From an uncultured delta proteobacterium (GTDB lineage Bacteria; Desulfobacterota; Binatia; Binatales; Binataceae): a stretch of 64,000 nucleotides of DNA. The notes under the pieces are model-generated. The model searched no databases. It saw nothing but the letters and a program-made list of their open reading frames with translations, and was not told where the DNA came from. The position numbers were made by a program, and so were the translations under genes. Shown one piece after another: positions 27,742 to 36,257 of this stretch. Numbering within the stretch: position 1 is the first letter of the stretch; every line of letters starts with the position of its first letter. The stretch is from contig CAVQEQ010000003.1 of the NCBI GenBank assembly GCA_963711565.1, positions 96,001 through 160,000 on the forward strand, in the 5' to 3' direction.

Positions 27742-29106
27742 TTACGCGTGGCGCCAGTCAACGTGGTCGCGGACGTGCGCGAACACTTCGTCCAGGATTT
27801 CGACGCCCGCTTCGGCCTGCGCTTCGGTGATAACCAGCGACGGGTTGATTCGAATCTTGGGAAAGTAGGCCATCGTCACCAGCCCGCGCTTGAGGCATTC
27901 CTTAAAAATCAGCTCCGTGACCTTCTTGCCGAGCAGTTCCTTGCTCTCGAGATCGCGCACCAGCTCGACGCCTATCAGCAGTCCCTTGCCGCGCACATCG
28001 CCGATGAATTCGTATTTTTCCTTGAGCTGCACCAGCCGCGACAGCATCATCGCACCGACCTCGCGCGAGTTCTCGACCAGGTGCTCTTTCTGAATCGTGC
28101 CGATTGTTTCCGACACTGCTACCGCCGCCAACGGATTTCCGCCGTAGCTCGACGACGACGCGCTCGGCTTGCCGAACGGTTCCGCTTTGCCCAGCTCGTC
28201 GCTCAGCAGCACTCCCGAAACCGGAAAGCCCGAGCCCATCCCTTTGCCGACGGTGACGATATCCGGGCGAGTGCCGCTATGCTCGACGCCCCACCATTTG
28301 CCGGTGCGTCCGAAGCCGGTGATCATTTCGTCGGCGATCAGCAGCGCGCCGAAATCCTTGGCGACCGACTTCACCGCCGGCAGCCAGTCGTCGGGAGGAA
28401 TCACGTTGCCTGCGGTGCCTTGCATCGGCTCGGCAACGATCGCGGCGAGCGAGCCGCTGGTGCTCATCTTGATTTGCTGGCGGGCGAAATCGACGCAGTA
28501 AAGTCCGCAATCGGGATACTTCAACTTGAACGGGCATCGATAGCAGTCCGCGTACGGGACGGTGTACTGCCCGCCCTGCAAGGGTCCGTAGCCTTGCTTC
28601 GACTCGTCGCCAATTAGGCCGAGCACGCCGCCGGTCTTGCCGTGGAAGCCGCCCCAGAAGCTCACAGCCTCATGATGACCCGTTGCGGAGCGCGCCAGCC
28701 GCAGCGCGGCTTCGACCGCCTCCGCGCCGCCACTATATAGATGTGCGCGAGTCAGTCCCGCGGGCGCGACTTCGGCCAGCGCCTTGAACGCCGCCGCGCG
28801 CTCTTTGGTCGCGAATGTGCCGACTGTCAACCGCGCCGCCTGCTTCGACAGCGCCTGCGCCATTGCTGGATGCGCATGGCCGAGGCTCGCGACCGCGACG
28901 CCCGCGAAAAAATCGACGTAGGTGTTGCCGTCGGCGTCGGTGAGCGTCGCCCCCTCGCCATGATCGAACGCGAGACCGGCCAGCAGCGAAATTCGCTGGC
29001 GCCCGGGCGCGATGTATTTTTGTTCGAGTTCGAAGATCTCTTTCGACTTGGGTCCGGGAACCGATGTCTTAATCGAAGGAAGTTTTCCGTTGGTGGTTGT
29101 CATCAA
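27742..29106 (-). CDS. class III PLP-dependent aminotransferase
   Basis: SGGAEAVE, GGFHGKT, EPMQG, IADEMITGFGRTG, VGKG, SYGGNP. Confidence 0.9.
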   Translation of the reverse strand: MMTTTNGKLPSIKTSVPGPKSKEIFELEQKYIAPGRQRISLLAGLAFDHGEGATLTDADGNTYVDFFAGVAVASLGHAHPAMAQALSKQAARLTVGTFATKERAAAFKALAEVAPAGLTRAHLYSGGAEAVEAALRLARSATGHHEAVSFWGGFHGKTGGVLGLIGDESKQGYGPLQGGQYTVPYADCYRCPFKLKYPDCGLYCVDFARQQIKMSTSGSLAAIVAEPMQGTAGNVIPPDDWLPAVKSVAKDFGALLIADEMITGFGRTGKWWGVEHSGTRPDIVTVGKGMGSGFPVSGVLLSDELGKAEPFGKPSASSSSYGGNPLAAVAVSETIGTIQKEHLVENSREVGAMMLSRLVQLKEKYEFIGDVRGKGLLIGVELVRDLESKELLGKKVTELIFKECLKRGLVTMAYFPKIRINPSLVITEAQAEAGVEILDEVFAHVRDHVDWRHA

Positions 29107-29151
29107 ATGAGCGGGCGATCCGATTCCTTTGTTTGAATTACCGGCGCGATT

Positions 29152-29973
29152 TTAGCGCGGGCGGCCAAGCAGACTTATCGCACGGCGCGCGATCGCGCGA
29201 GCGGCCGTTGCGCGCACTCGACTGTAGCTAGGCCAGTCATTGAAATCGATAATCGCAAAACGATCGCCACTCAAGACCGCGTCTCCGCCCCACGCTTCGA
29301 GGCCGAGCGCGGCCGCGGCGGCGGAGGCCGCATCCGAGAGAGCGCGCACGGCGGCCTCGGCGACTTCCTCGCCATCAGGATGCACGCTGAAATGCGTGCC
29401 GCCGCTGACACCGTAAAATTTCACGACGCGGCCGACGACTTCCTGCTGCACGTAGGCGAAGCGGATTCCGCGTCGTGCGAAATCAGCGAGGATCGCTTCG
29501 ACCTCTGCGCGATCAGCCGCCCGCTGCACGTCTTCGGGCGCGAGCGCGTGCAAGTCGCCGCGCTTGACGTACACCCCCGCCGACAAATCCAGGGCCGCGA
29601 GCTTACGCACATCGAGCGGCTCGTCAACCGCCACCAATGCTCCCGGCGGCGTCGGCACGCCGGCGCGCTCGAGGCCGGGCGCGAGCAAGTCGCGGTAGCA
29701 GTTGCGAATCGAGAGCGCCGAGTTGACTGCGACCGCGCCCGCCTGCTCGACGGCAGCCAGCCGCTTGAGCGCGCGCGGCCCCTGACACATCGGCAGTACG
29801 AGGTCGGCGCGGGGCGGCGCGTTCGCCGCGAAGCTGACCCCATCGATAGTCTGGATCTCGACGCCTTCGCGCTTCAGCTCCGCCATCGTGGCGTCGAGAA
29901 TCGCGGCATCAGCCTCCACCTTGCCCGGTGAAAACTCGGGTTCCCGATAAATTCCTAAAGCTCGATAGCTCAT
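29152..29973 (-). CDS. uncharacterised ATP-grasp-like protein
   Basis: REPEFSPGKVEADAAI N-terminus, YVKRGD, QQEVVGRVVKFYGV, GGDAV, IIDFNDWPSY. Confidence 0.7.
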   Translation of the reverse strand: MSYRALGIYREPEFSPGKVEADAAILDATMAELKREGVEIQTIDGVSFAANAPPRADLVLPMCQGPRALKRLAAVEQAGAVAVNSALSIRNCYRDLLAPGLERAGVPTPPGALVAVDEPLDVRKLAALDLSAGVYVKRGDLHALAPEDVQRAADRAEVEAILADFARRGIRFAYVQQEVVGRVVKFYGVSGGTHFSVHPDGEEVAEAAVRALSDAASAAAAALGLEAWGGDAVLSGDRFAIIDFNDWPSYSRVRATAARAIARRAISLLGRPR

Positions 29974-30701
29974 GGCATCTTCCGTATTGCCGCCCGGGCG
30001 GCGTCGAGGTCCGACGCTTCATCCACGTCGATCGATCCTTCGAGCTCGATCGCATCCAGCGCCATCCCGCGTTCGATGAGCAGTGCGAGGAAGCGGCGGA
30101 GCGCGTCGAGTCCCGCGCGACGCGCGTCGGCGGCGTAATCGAAAACTCGTGTCGACAGGAAATAGAGCCCCGCCGTCACCATAGAAGTCTGACGGTTGCC
30201 GAGCCGCAGGATCAACCCATTTGATGTTACATCGGCGAAAAGCGGCTTGGCCTCGCCGCGCCATCGCGTGACGGCGAGCACACCGGCCAGATTTTTCTCG
30301 CGGCACTCCTCGATCTTTTTGCGCGACTCATTAACAAAACGCGCGAGCTCTGTCTGTGGAATTACGGCATCGACCGTCAACGCGATAAACCATCCAGGCT
30401 CGAGCAACTCGCCGAGCGCGAGCATCGTCTCCATCGAGTTGGCGGTATCGCGTACGACGAGAGCGACCGACGGCGGATTCGCGATCACCAATTTCTTTTC
30501 GCTAGCGATACGCGCCGTCTCGGAGTTGACGATGGCAACGACCGACGATGCGCCCGCGTCGAGAATCGCACGCGCCTGGCGTGAAAGCATCGCCTCGCCG
30601 CCGAGCATCACGAGCGGCTTGGGAATGTCGTCGCGCGTCGAGTTGCGCAGGCGCTCGCCGCGCCCGGCTGCAATGATCGCTCCTTGCAGTTTCGTCACCA
30701 T
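29970..30701 (-). CDS. NTP transferase (nucleotidyltransferase)
   Basis: IIAAGRGERL...PKPL, TVD, IDVD. Confidence 0.85.
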   Translation of the reverse strand: MVTKLQGAIIAAGRGERLRNSTRDDIPKPLVMLGGEAMLSRQARAILDAGASSVVAIVNSETARIASEKKLVIANPPSVALVVRDTANSMETMLALGELLEPGWFIALTVDAVIPQTELARFVNESRKKIEECREKNLAGVLAVTRWRGEAKPLFADVTSNGLILRLGNRQTSMVTAGLYFLSTRVFDYAADARRAGLDALRRFLALLIERGMALDAIELEGSIDVDEASDLDAARAAIRKMP

Positions 30702-31423
30702 TGAATTTGCGGAACTTCGTCGATCGATCGGATCGTGATGTCGGCCGCGGATGCGTCATCGCCGGATTGCGCGGCGGTTCGCAGCCAGACCGTGCGCATT
30801 CCGAGCTTGCGTGCGGGTGCGCAATCCTTGGCAAGCGAGTCGCCAATCATCGCGGCCGATTCGGGCGCGCATTGTATTTTTTTCAAAGCGGTTTCGAAGA
30901 TGCCCGGCTCGGGTTTGAAAATTCCGACGCGCGAAGAGTCCGCAACCGCCGCGAAGTATCGATCGAGCTTCGCCTCTTCCAGGATGCGGTCGAGATTGCC
31001 GTAGAAGTTCGAGACGATCCCCATCTTGAAGCGGCTCCTGAGCTGTCCGACTACTTCGCGGCTGTGCGCCAGTCCAATAAACGTCTCGCGCACGAAAGAA
31101 TTCGTGACCGCCTCGACGAATCGATAGCGTCCTGCCGCGCCGGCGTCGTCCAGTACTTTGCGCAGAGGCTCGGGCCCGCTTTTCCGCAGGTATTCGAACT
31201 GGTGGCCGACCAGAAAGCGCACGAGATCCGTCAAGCCGAAGCGCGCCACGACTCGCGTCGCGCCATAGCCGATTCGCGTTGCGTGATCGAAAGCCGGGTC
31301 AAGCTCGGCGCGCGAGATCTCGATTCCAGCTGCACGGTAGCTGGCGAGAAATCTATCGAGCCAATGAGCAGGCCCATCGAGCGTACCGCCGAAATCGAAC
31401 AGCAGGACTGTAATCGTGGCCAT
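30695..31423 (-). CDS. HAD family hydrolase
   Basis: LFDFGGTLD, VSNFYGN, KPEPGIF, IGDS..KD. Confidence 0.9.
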   Translation of the reverse strand: MATITVLLFDFGGTLDGPAHWLDRFLASYRAAGIEISRAELDPAFDHATRIGYGATRVVARFGLTDLVRFLVGHQFEYLRKSGPEPLRKVLDDAGAAGRYRFVEAVTNSFVRETFIGLAHSREVVGQLRSRFKMGIVSNFYGNLDRILEEAKLDRYFAAVADSSRVGIFKPEPGIFETALKKIQCAPESAAMIGDSLAKDCAPARKLGMRTVWLRTAAQSGDDASAADITIRSIDEVPQIQW

Positions 31424-31649
31424 GAAACGGCCAGTTTACCAGCCGCAGTCGCCTTCCTCCAGTTTCTTGAAAATTAAAGTGCGCGATGGGGAGATTGCGC
31501 GACCTGAATCGAAAATGTTCCCGGGAGAACCGATGGTCCGTCAGTCCGAGCGCCCAGCTAGATGCTCGCTTCAAATGAAAGACGAACTCATAATTAACTG
31601 TGGAAGTTAGTAGCAGGGCTACTTCCGCTGGCGTTACCGCTGTGTTACC

Positions 31650-32885
31650 GTGGCGCGGATCGCGGAAGACGAGGGAATACGGGGTTTTAACGAGACGCTG
31701 GTGATTGAAACTGCTCTAATCGCTGCTCCTGACCGCGCGGACAACGCGGTCTTCGGCCGCCCCTTGCTGGAGCGGCTGATGATTAACTGCGAGCGCGCCG
31801 GCATCAAGCGGTTCGTCGTGGCAGCGTCGCGCGAGAACTATCCGGACGTCGCACGCGCGATGGGCCGGTTCAAAAATTCTGACACGGTCTCGATGGTCGA
31901 GTCGTTCGGCGAGATTCTGAATACTCAGAACGCCCGCGAATTAGGCATCGACCCATTGTCGCCATGCGTGTCGTTTTCGGGGAACCTGGTGTTCGCGAAG
32001 TCACATCTGGCGCGAATCCTTGCGGCGCACGCCTCCGATCCACGATCGGTTCATCGCGAATTCAGCACCGACCACGACTGCGGCGGCGAAATCGCGACCG
32101 GTCCGATTAGTGAGATCCTCAAGCGCGGCGGAATTTCGAACACCGTCACCGCGCCTGCGGCGAGCCTGCTGCCATTCGCGCTGAACGGGCGCCCCGAGGA
32201 TCGCGAAGAGGCGGAACTGCGGCTGGCGAAATCGATTCGCGAGGAATCGGCGCACAAGGACGCGCCGATGGCGCGATGGGTGGACCGCAAGATTTCCTGG
32301 CGCATCAGCTACTGGCTCGCAACCCATACGCGCGCCACGCCGAACATGGTCACGGTCGCGAACACGATCTTCGGCTTGGCGTGCGCGTTGATGTTCTCGG
32401 TGCCGAATTACTGGATGCGGCTGTTCGCGGCAATTTTCTTTTTGATCTCGATCACGATCGACGGCGTCGACGGCGAACTGGCGCGGCTAAAAATGGTCGA
32501 GAGCGATTTCGGCGGCGCGCTCAACGTCCTCACCGACAATATCGTGCACGCCGCGGTGTTCATCGGCTTGCTGATCGGATGCTACCGGGTCGAGCACAGC
32601 GGCGCTTACCTGTACCTGATTCCGATCCTGCTCGGCGGCTTCGCGATGTGCGCGTTCGCGACCTGGCGCGCTTTCAAAGTAAAGGGCGATCAGGCGGCGG
32701 CGTGGCTGGACAAGGTCGATCGATGGAGCGGGCGCGATTTCGCATACCTGCTCGTGGTGTTGGCCTTAATCAATCGGATAGAGTACTTCGCTTGGGGCAC
32801 GGCATTCGGCACTTACGTGTTTGCCCTGGCGCTGATATGGATTACCGGCCGGACCGAATCGTCAATGAAGGCTGAAAGCCTGTAG
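31650..32885 (+). CDS. CDP-alcohol phosphotransferase with degenerate N-terminal NTP-transferase-like domain
   Basis: TPNMVT, DGVDGELAR-x7-FGGALNVLTD, multiple TM segments; N-terminal VFGRPLLERL; start uncertain. Confidence 0.85.
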   Translation: MARIAEDEGIRGFNETLVIETALIAAPDRADNAVFGRPLLERLMINCERAGIKRFVVAASRENYPDVARAMGRFKNSDTVSMVESFGEILNTQNARELGIDPLSPCVSFSGNLVFAKSHLARILAAHASDPRSVHREFSTDHDCGGEIATGPISEILKRGGISNTVTAPAASLLPFALNGRPEDREEAELRLAKSIREESAHKDAPMARWVDRKISWRISYWLATHTRATPNMVTVANTIFGLACALMFSVPNYWMRLFAAIFFLISITIDGVDGELARLKMVESDFGGALNVLTDNIVHAAVFIGLLIGCYRVEHSGAYLYLIPILLGGFAMCAFATWRAFKVKGDQAAAWLDKVDRWSGRDFAYLLVVLALINRIEYFAWGTAFGTYVFALALIWITGRTESSMKAESL

Positions 32886-32916
32886 GAATGAATCGAGGCC
32901 TGCAGGCGGAGGAAGT

Positions 32917-34248
32917 ATGAACGGCAAGAAGCCACGAATTCTCCTGGTGCAACCCACAACCGTCCACCTGGACGGCACGCCGCACAAGACGCGCTGGCGG
33001 TTGATCATGGGACTGATGATTCCGCTGATGGCGGGACTCACGCCCGACGACTACGACGTGACGCTGTGCGACGAGCGCCTCGAAAACATCGACTTCGACG
33101 GCGGATGGGATCTCGTCGGCATGACGACGACGATCGGCGCGTCGCTGCGCGCGTACCAACTCGGCGACGAGTTCCGCAAACGCGGCATCCCCGTGGTCTT
33201 CGGCGGCTTCCATGCGACCCTCCAGACTGAAGAAGCTCTGCATCACTGCGACGCGGTCGTGAAGGGCGAGGCCGACCTGGTATGGCCTGAGCTTTTGCAG
33301 GACTGGCGCGACGGCAAGCTCAAGACGATTTACAAAGCCGACAAGGTGCACGATCTGAAGAACCTGCCGCGCCCTCGTCACGAGCTGCTCAAGCTCAACC
33401 GCTACCTGTTCAAGGCGGCGCCGGTGCAGGCGAGCCGCGGATGCCCGTATCGATGCTCGTTCTGCGAGATTCCGGTCTTCTACGACGGCGCCTATCGCAC
33501 GCGGCCCATCGAGGACATCGTCGAGGAGATCAAGCAGGTCGTCAAGGTCACGGGCTTCCGGCGCTTCCAGTTCATCGACGATCAGATCACCGGCAAGCAC
33601 AAATTCGCGCGCGAGCTGTTCAAGGCGCTCGAGCCGCTCAACATCCGCTTCTCATGCCTGTGGACGATCAACTCGAATCACGACGACGAGCTGCTCGACC
33701 TCGCGGCCAAGGCGGGAATCTTCCACGTCAACATCGGCGTGGAATCGATCAGCCAGGACAGCCTGCTGTCGATGAACAAGATTCAGAATCACGCGAATCA
33801 GTACAAGAAGCTGCTCAAGAAGATGGAGAAATACGGAATCTACTACTCGCTCAACTTCCTGTTCGGGCTGGAAGAGGATCGTCCGGGAATTTTCGACGAG
33901 ACGCTCAAGTTCCTGCACGAGGTCAAGGCGCCCGAGGCGTTCTTCAACACCGTGACCCCGCGCGTTGGCACGCCGATGCGCACGCAGCTCGAGAACGAAG
34001 GCCGCGTGATAATCCCCGACGCCGACTTGTACACCAACAACTTCCGCTGCATGTTCGTGCCCAAGAACATGTCGCCGCAGGAAGTCGAAGAAGGCGTGTG
34101 GCGCTGCACCAAGGAGTTCTACTCGCTCAAGTCGATGTTCAAGCGGCTGCTGATGCCGCCGGGCAAGTTCACCTGGCAGGGCCTGACCGAAAACATGCTC
34201 TTCTACTGGGGCGCCAAGCAGCAGATCGATCCGGTTGATTATTATTAG
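32917..34248 (+). CDS. B12-binding-domain radical SAM enzyme
   Basis: GLTP, VVFGGFHAT, GEAD, SRGCPYRCSFC, FIDD, IGVES. Confidence 0.9.
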   Translation: MNGKKPRILLVQPTTVHLDGTPHKTRWRLIMGLMIPLMAGLTPDDYDVTLCDERLENIDFDGGWDLVGMTTTIGASLRAYQLGDEFRKRGIPVVFGGFHATLQTEEALHHCDAVVKGEADLVWPELLQDWRDGKLKTIYKADKVHDLKNLPRPRHELLKLNRYLFKAAPVQASRGCPYRCSFCEIPVFYDGAYRTRPIEDIVEEIKQVVKVTGFRRFQFIDDQITGKHKFARELFKALEPLNIRFSCLWTINSNHDDELLDLAAKAGIFHVNIGVESISQDSLLSMNKIQNHANQYKKLLKKMEKYGIYYSLNFLFGLEEDRPGIFDETLKFLHEVKAPEAFFNTVTPRVGTPMRTQLENEGRVIIPDADLYTNNFRCMFVPKNMSPQEVEEGVWRCTKEFYSLKSMFKRLLMPPGKFTWQGLTENMLFYWGAKQQIDPVDYY

Positions 34249-34325
34249 GCCGCAATCTGTCCCCTTGTCGCGCGATGAGAGTAGTGCCTACGCCGGCTCG
34301 ACTTTCGTCCCCTCTCCCTTCCCCG

Positions 34326-34555
34326 TGTCATTCAGAGCGGAGTCCGCGGAGCGAAGAATCCCGGCTCCTTCTTCCCCTCTCCCAGAATGGGAGAGGGTCG
34401 AAGGTGAGGGTCGAGTTAGGATGTCGCGTTCCGCGCGACCGCTTACCCGCCTCGCCCGCTTGTTTGCGGGAGAGGCCGCGCCGAAGGAGCGGGTGAGGGT
34501 GATTTTGCGCGCGATTCAGGATTCTGGGCGTGCGATGACTATACAGAGTTCCTCT
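34326..34555. repeat. compound REP/MITE copy (left arm around small membrane gene)
   Basis: Copy of the 2298 element, then CCCCTCTCCC-AGAAT-GGGAGAGGGTCGAAGGTGAGGGTC and segments that are inverted copies of 34929-35052. Confidence 0.7.
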
Positions 34556-34572
34556 ACCAGGCCGGCCCCGCT

Positions 34573-34888
34573 TTGATCTTAAGGACTCTCGGGATCCTCG
34601 TACTCGCGTCGGTGCTCGAGGTCGGCGGTGATGCGCTCGTCCGGATAGGACTCCACAGCTACGGATACTCACTGGCGGCAGGCGCGTTCACTCTCGTCGC
34701 GTACGGAGTCCTGGTCAATCAAACCAGCGTCGATTTCAACCGCCTTATGGGAATCTACATCGCGGTCTTCTTCGTGGTGTCGCAGGCAATCTCGCTGATA
34801 CTCTTCAAGCAAATCCCCGACGACAGAATCATCCTGGGCGGCGGCTTCATAGTCAGCCGGCGGCCTGTTGATTCTGCTGATGACCTAA
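34573..34888 (+). pseudogene. small 4-TM YnfA/SMR-like protein with +1 frameshift near the 3' end
   Basis: LEVGGDAL, DFNRLMGIYIAVFFVVSQ; removing A34855 restores IVAGGLLILLMT-stop. Confidence 0.65.
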
Positions 34889-34928
34889 CTCCTCGGTGGC
34901 GGCACTCTTCCTGGCCTCTCTCCATCAA

Positions 34929-35071
34929 GAGGCCTCTGCATAAACTTCGGCGGACACGCCCAATTAGAAACCAAAATCTTGAATCGCGCGCAAAATAGCG
35001 CGCTGCATAAGGACCCTCACCTTCGATCCTCTCCCATCCTGGGAGAGGGGAAAGAAGCGTGCAAAGGTCTC
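34929..35071. mobile_element. MITE with IS5-like terminal inverted repeats carrying a REP hairpin
   Basis: GAGGCCTCTGCA ... TGCAAAGGTCTC (10/12 inverted match); internal CCTCTCCC-ATCCT-GGGAGAGG. Confidence 0.6.
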
Positions 35072-35319
35072 CTATCAGGGAGCGGCCGCGCCTCCAGCAC
35101 AGCTGAGTTGATCACGTGCCAGTCGCACCTATGGTGGATGAAAACCGAACACCACATCTGTTTTGCGTACACCATCGAGCCACCGCTGCCCCTGAGAGCA
35201 AAGTAGCGCGCCGCGCCCAACTTTGCGCTTCACACTGGGTGCAGGGCTCAGCCCTGCCGCCCGCCGCGCAGGCGATTATCCTCTCATTCTTTCGTTTTCC
35301 TTTCTCCTGAACTGAAAAA

Positions 35320-35335
35320 CGTTTCACGTGAAACG
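35320..35335. other. parS centromere-like site
   Basis: CGTTTCACGTGAAACG matches the parS consensus TGTTTCACGTGAAACA at 14/16; inside a perfect 20-bp palindrome (35318-35337), intergenic. Confidence 0.85.
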
Positions 35336-35411
35336 TTGGGCTCTGGATCCTAAGAAATAACCCCTGTTTCGCAAAATGCGCCGTAATTCGCGCGCGTGGC
35401 TCGTCTCCCAG

Positions 35412-36257
35412 CTACGGATGCAGCACGACGTTGTCGATCAGGCGCGTCTTGCCGACGCGGGCCGCTATCGCGAGCAGGATCGGACGGTCGAGCGACGGAT
35501 GACGTGCGAGCGTCTCGGCGTCCACTGCTTCCACGTATTCAATTTCGACTCCCTTCGTGCGCTTGAGGACGCGGGTTGCCGCGAACACTATTTCTTCGGC
35601 ACAGCATGGGTCCGTGCGATGCTTGTCGCTGGCGGCGCGAATCGCGAGGCTTAGCGCCAGCGCGTCTTCGCGTTCGGTTGGCGAGAGATAGGCGTTGCGC
35701 GAGCTCATCGCGAGGCCGTCTTTTTCGCGCACAATCGGCACCGGAATAATCTCAACGTCGAAGTTCAGGTCGCGGACCATCTTCTGGATCGCGCGAAGTT
35801 GCTGAAAATCCTTTTCGCCGAAAACCGCCATGTGCGGCTTCACGATATTGAAGAGCTTGGCGACGATCGTCGTCACGCCGCGGAAATGGCCGGGGCGATG
35901 TGCACCGCAGAGACCGGTGGTTATTTCGCCGGCGTCGACCCAGGTCTGCGCGTCGGGCGAGCACATCGCGGCGGCCTCCGGCGCGAAGACCACGTCCACC
36001 GGCACTGTCTCGAGCATCGCGCAATCGCGCTCGAAGTTGCGCGGGTAACGAGCAAAATCCTCGCCGGGGCCGAACTGGGTGGGGTTGACGAAAATCGACG
36101 CGACCAGCACCGACGACTCGCGGCGCCCTTCGCGCATCAGGGCCAGATGGCCGTCGTGCAGAAAGCCCATCGTCGGCACCAGCGCGATCCGTTCGCGACT
36201 TTGGCGAGCGCTATCGGCGTAGCGGGTCATCTCGTCGGGCGAGGTGATGACGATCAT
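35412..36257 (-). CDS. panC: pantoate-beta-alanine ligase
   Basis: VPTMGFLHDGH, SIFVNPTQF, RPGHFRGV, GEKDFQQ, GLAMSSRN, RLIDN; ATGA overlap with panB. Confidence 0.95.
   Translation of the reverse strand: MIVITSPDEMTRYADSARQSRERIALVPTMGFLHDGHLALMREGRRESSVLVASIFVNPTQFGPGEDFARYPRNFERDCAMLETVPVDVVFAPEAAAMCSPDAQTWVDAGEITTGLCGAHRPGHFRGVTTIVAKLFNIVKPHMAVFGEKDFQQLRAIQKMVRDLNFDVEIIPVPIVREKDGLAMSSRNAYLSPTEREDALALSLAIRAASDKHRTDPCCAEEIVFAATRVLKRTKGVEIEYVEAVDAETLARHPSLDRPILLAIAARVGKTRLIDNVVLHP

Noticed and set aside
27742-29106. Naming the aminotransferase hpnO
   Set aside because: Class III fits, but the sequence looks GabT-like and it sits in the separate operon; orthology cannot be shown by eye.
32917-34248. 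Naming the radical SAM hpnP, hpnR or hpnJ
   Set aside because: Shares only class-level motifs; needs phylogeny.
35072-35300. Possible 6S-like RNA or short ORF (35017-35220)
   Set aside because: Only a short closing stem pairs, there is no convincing central bubble, and the ORF runs into a repeat with no motif.
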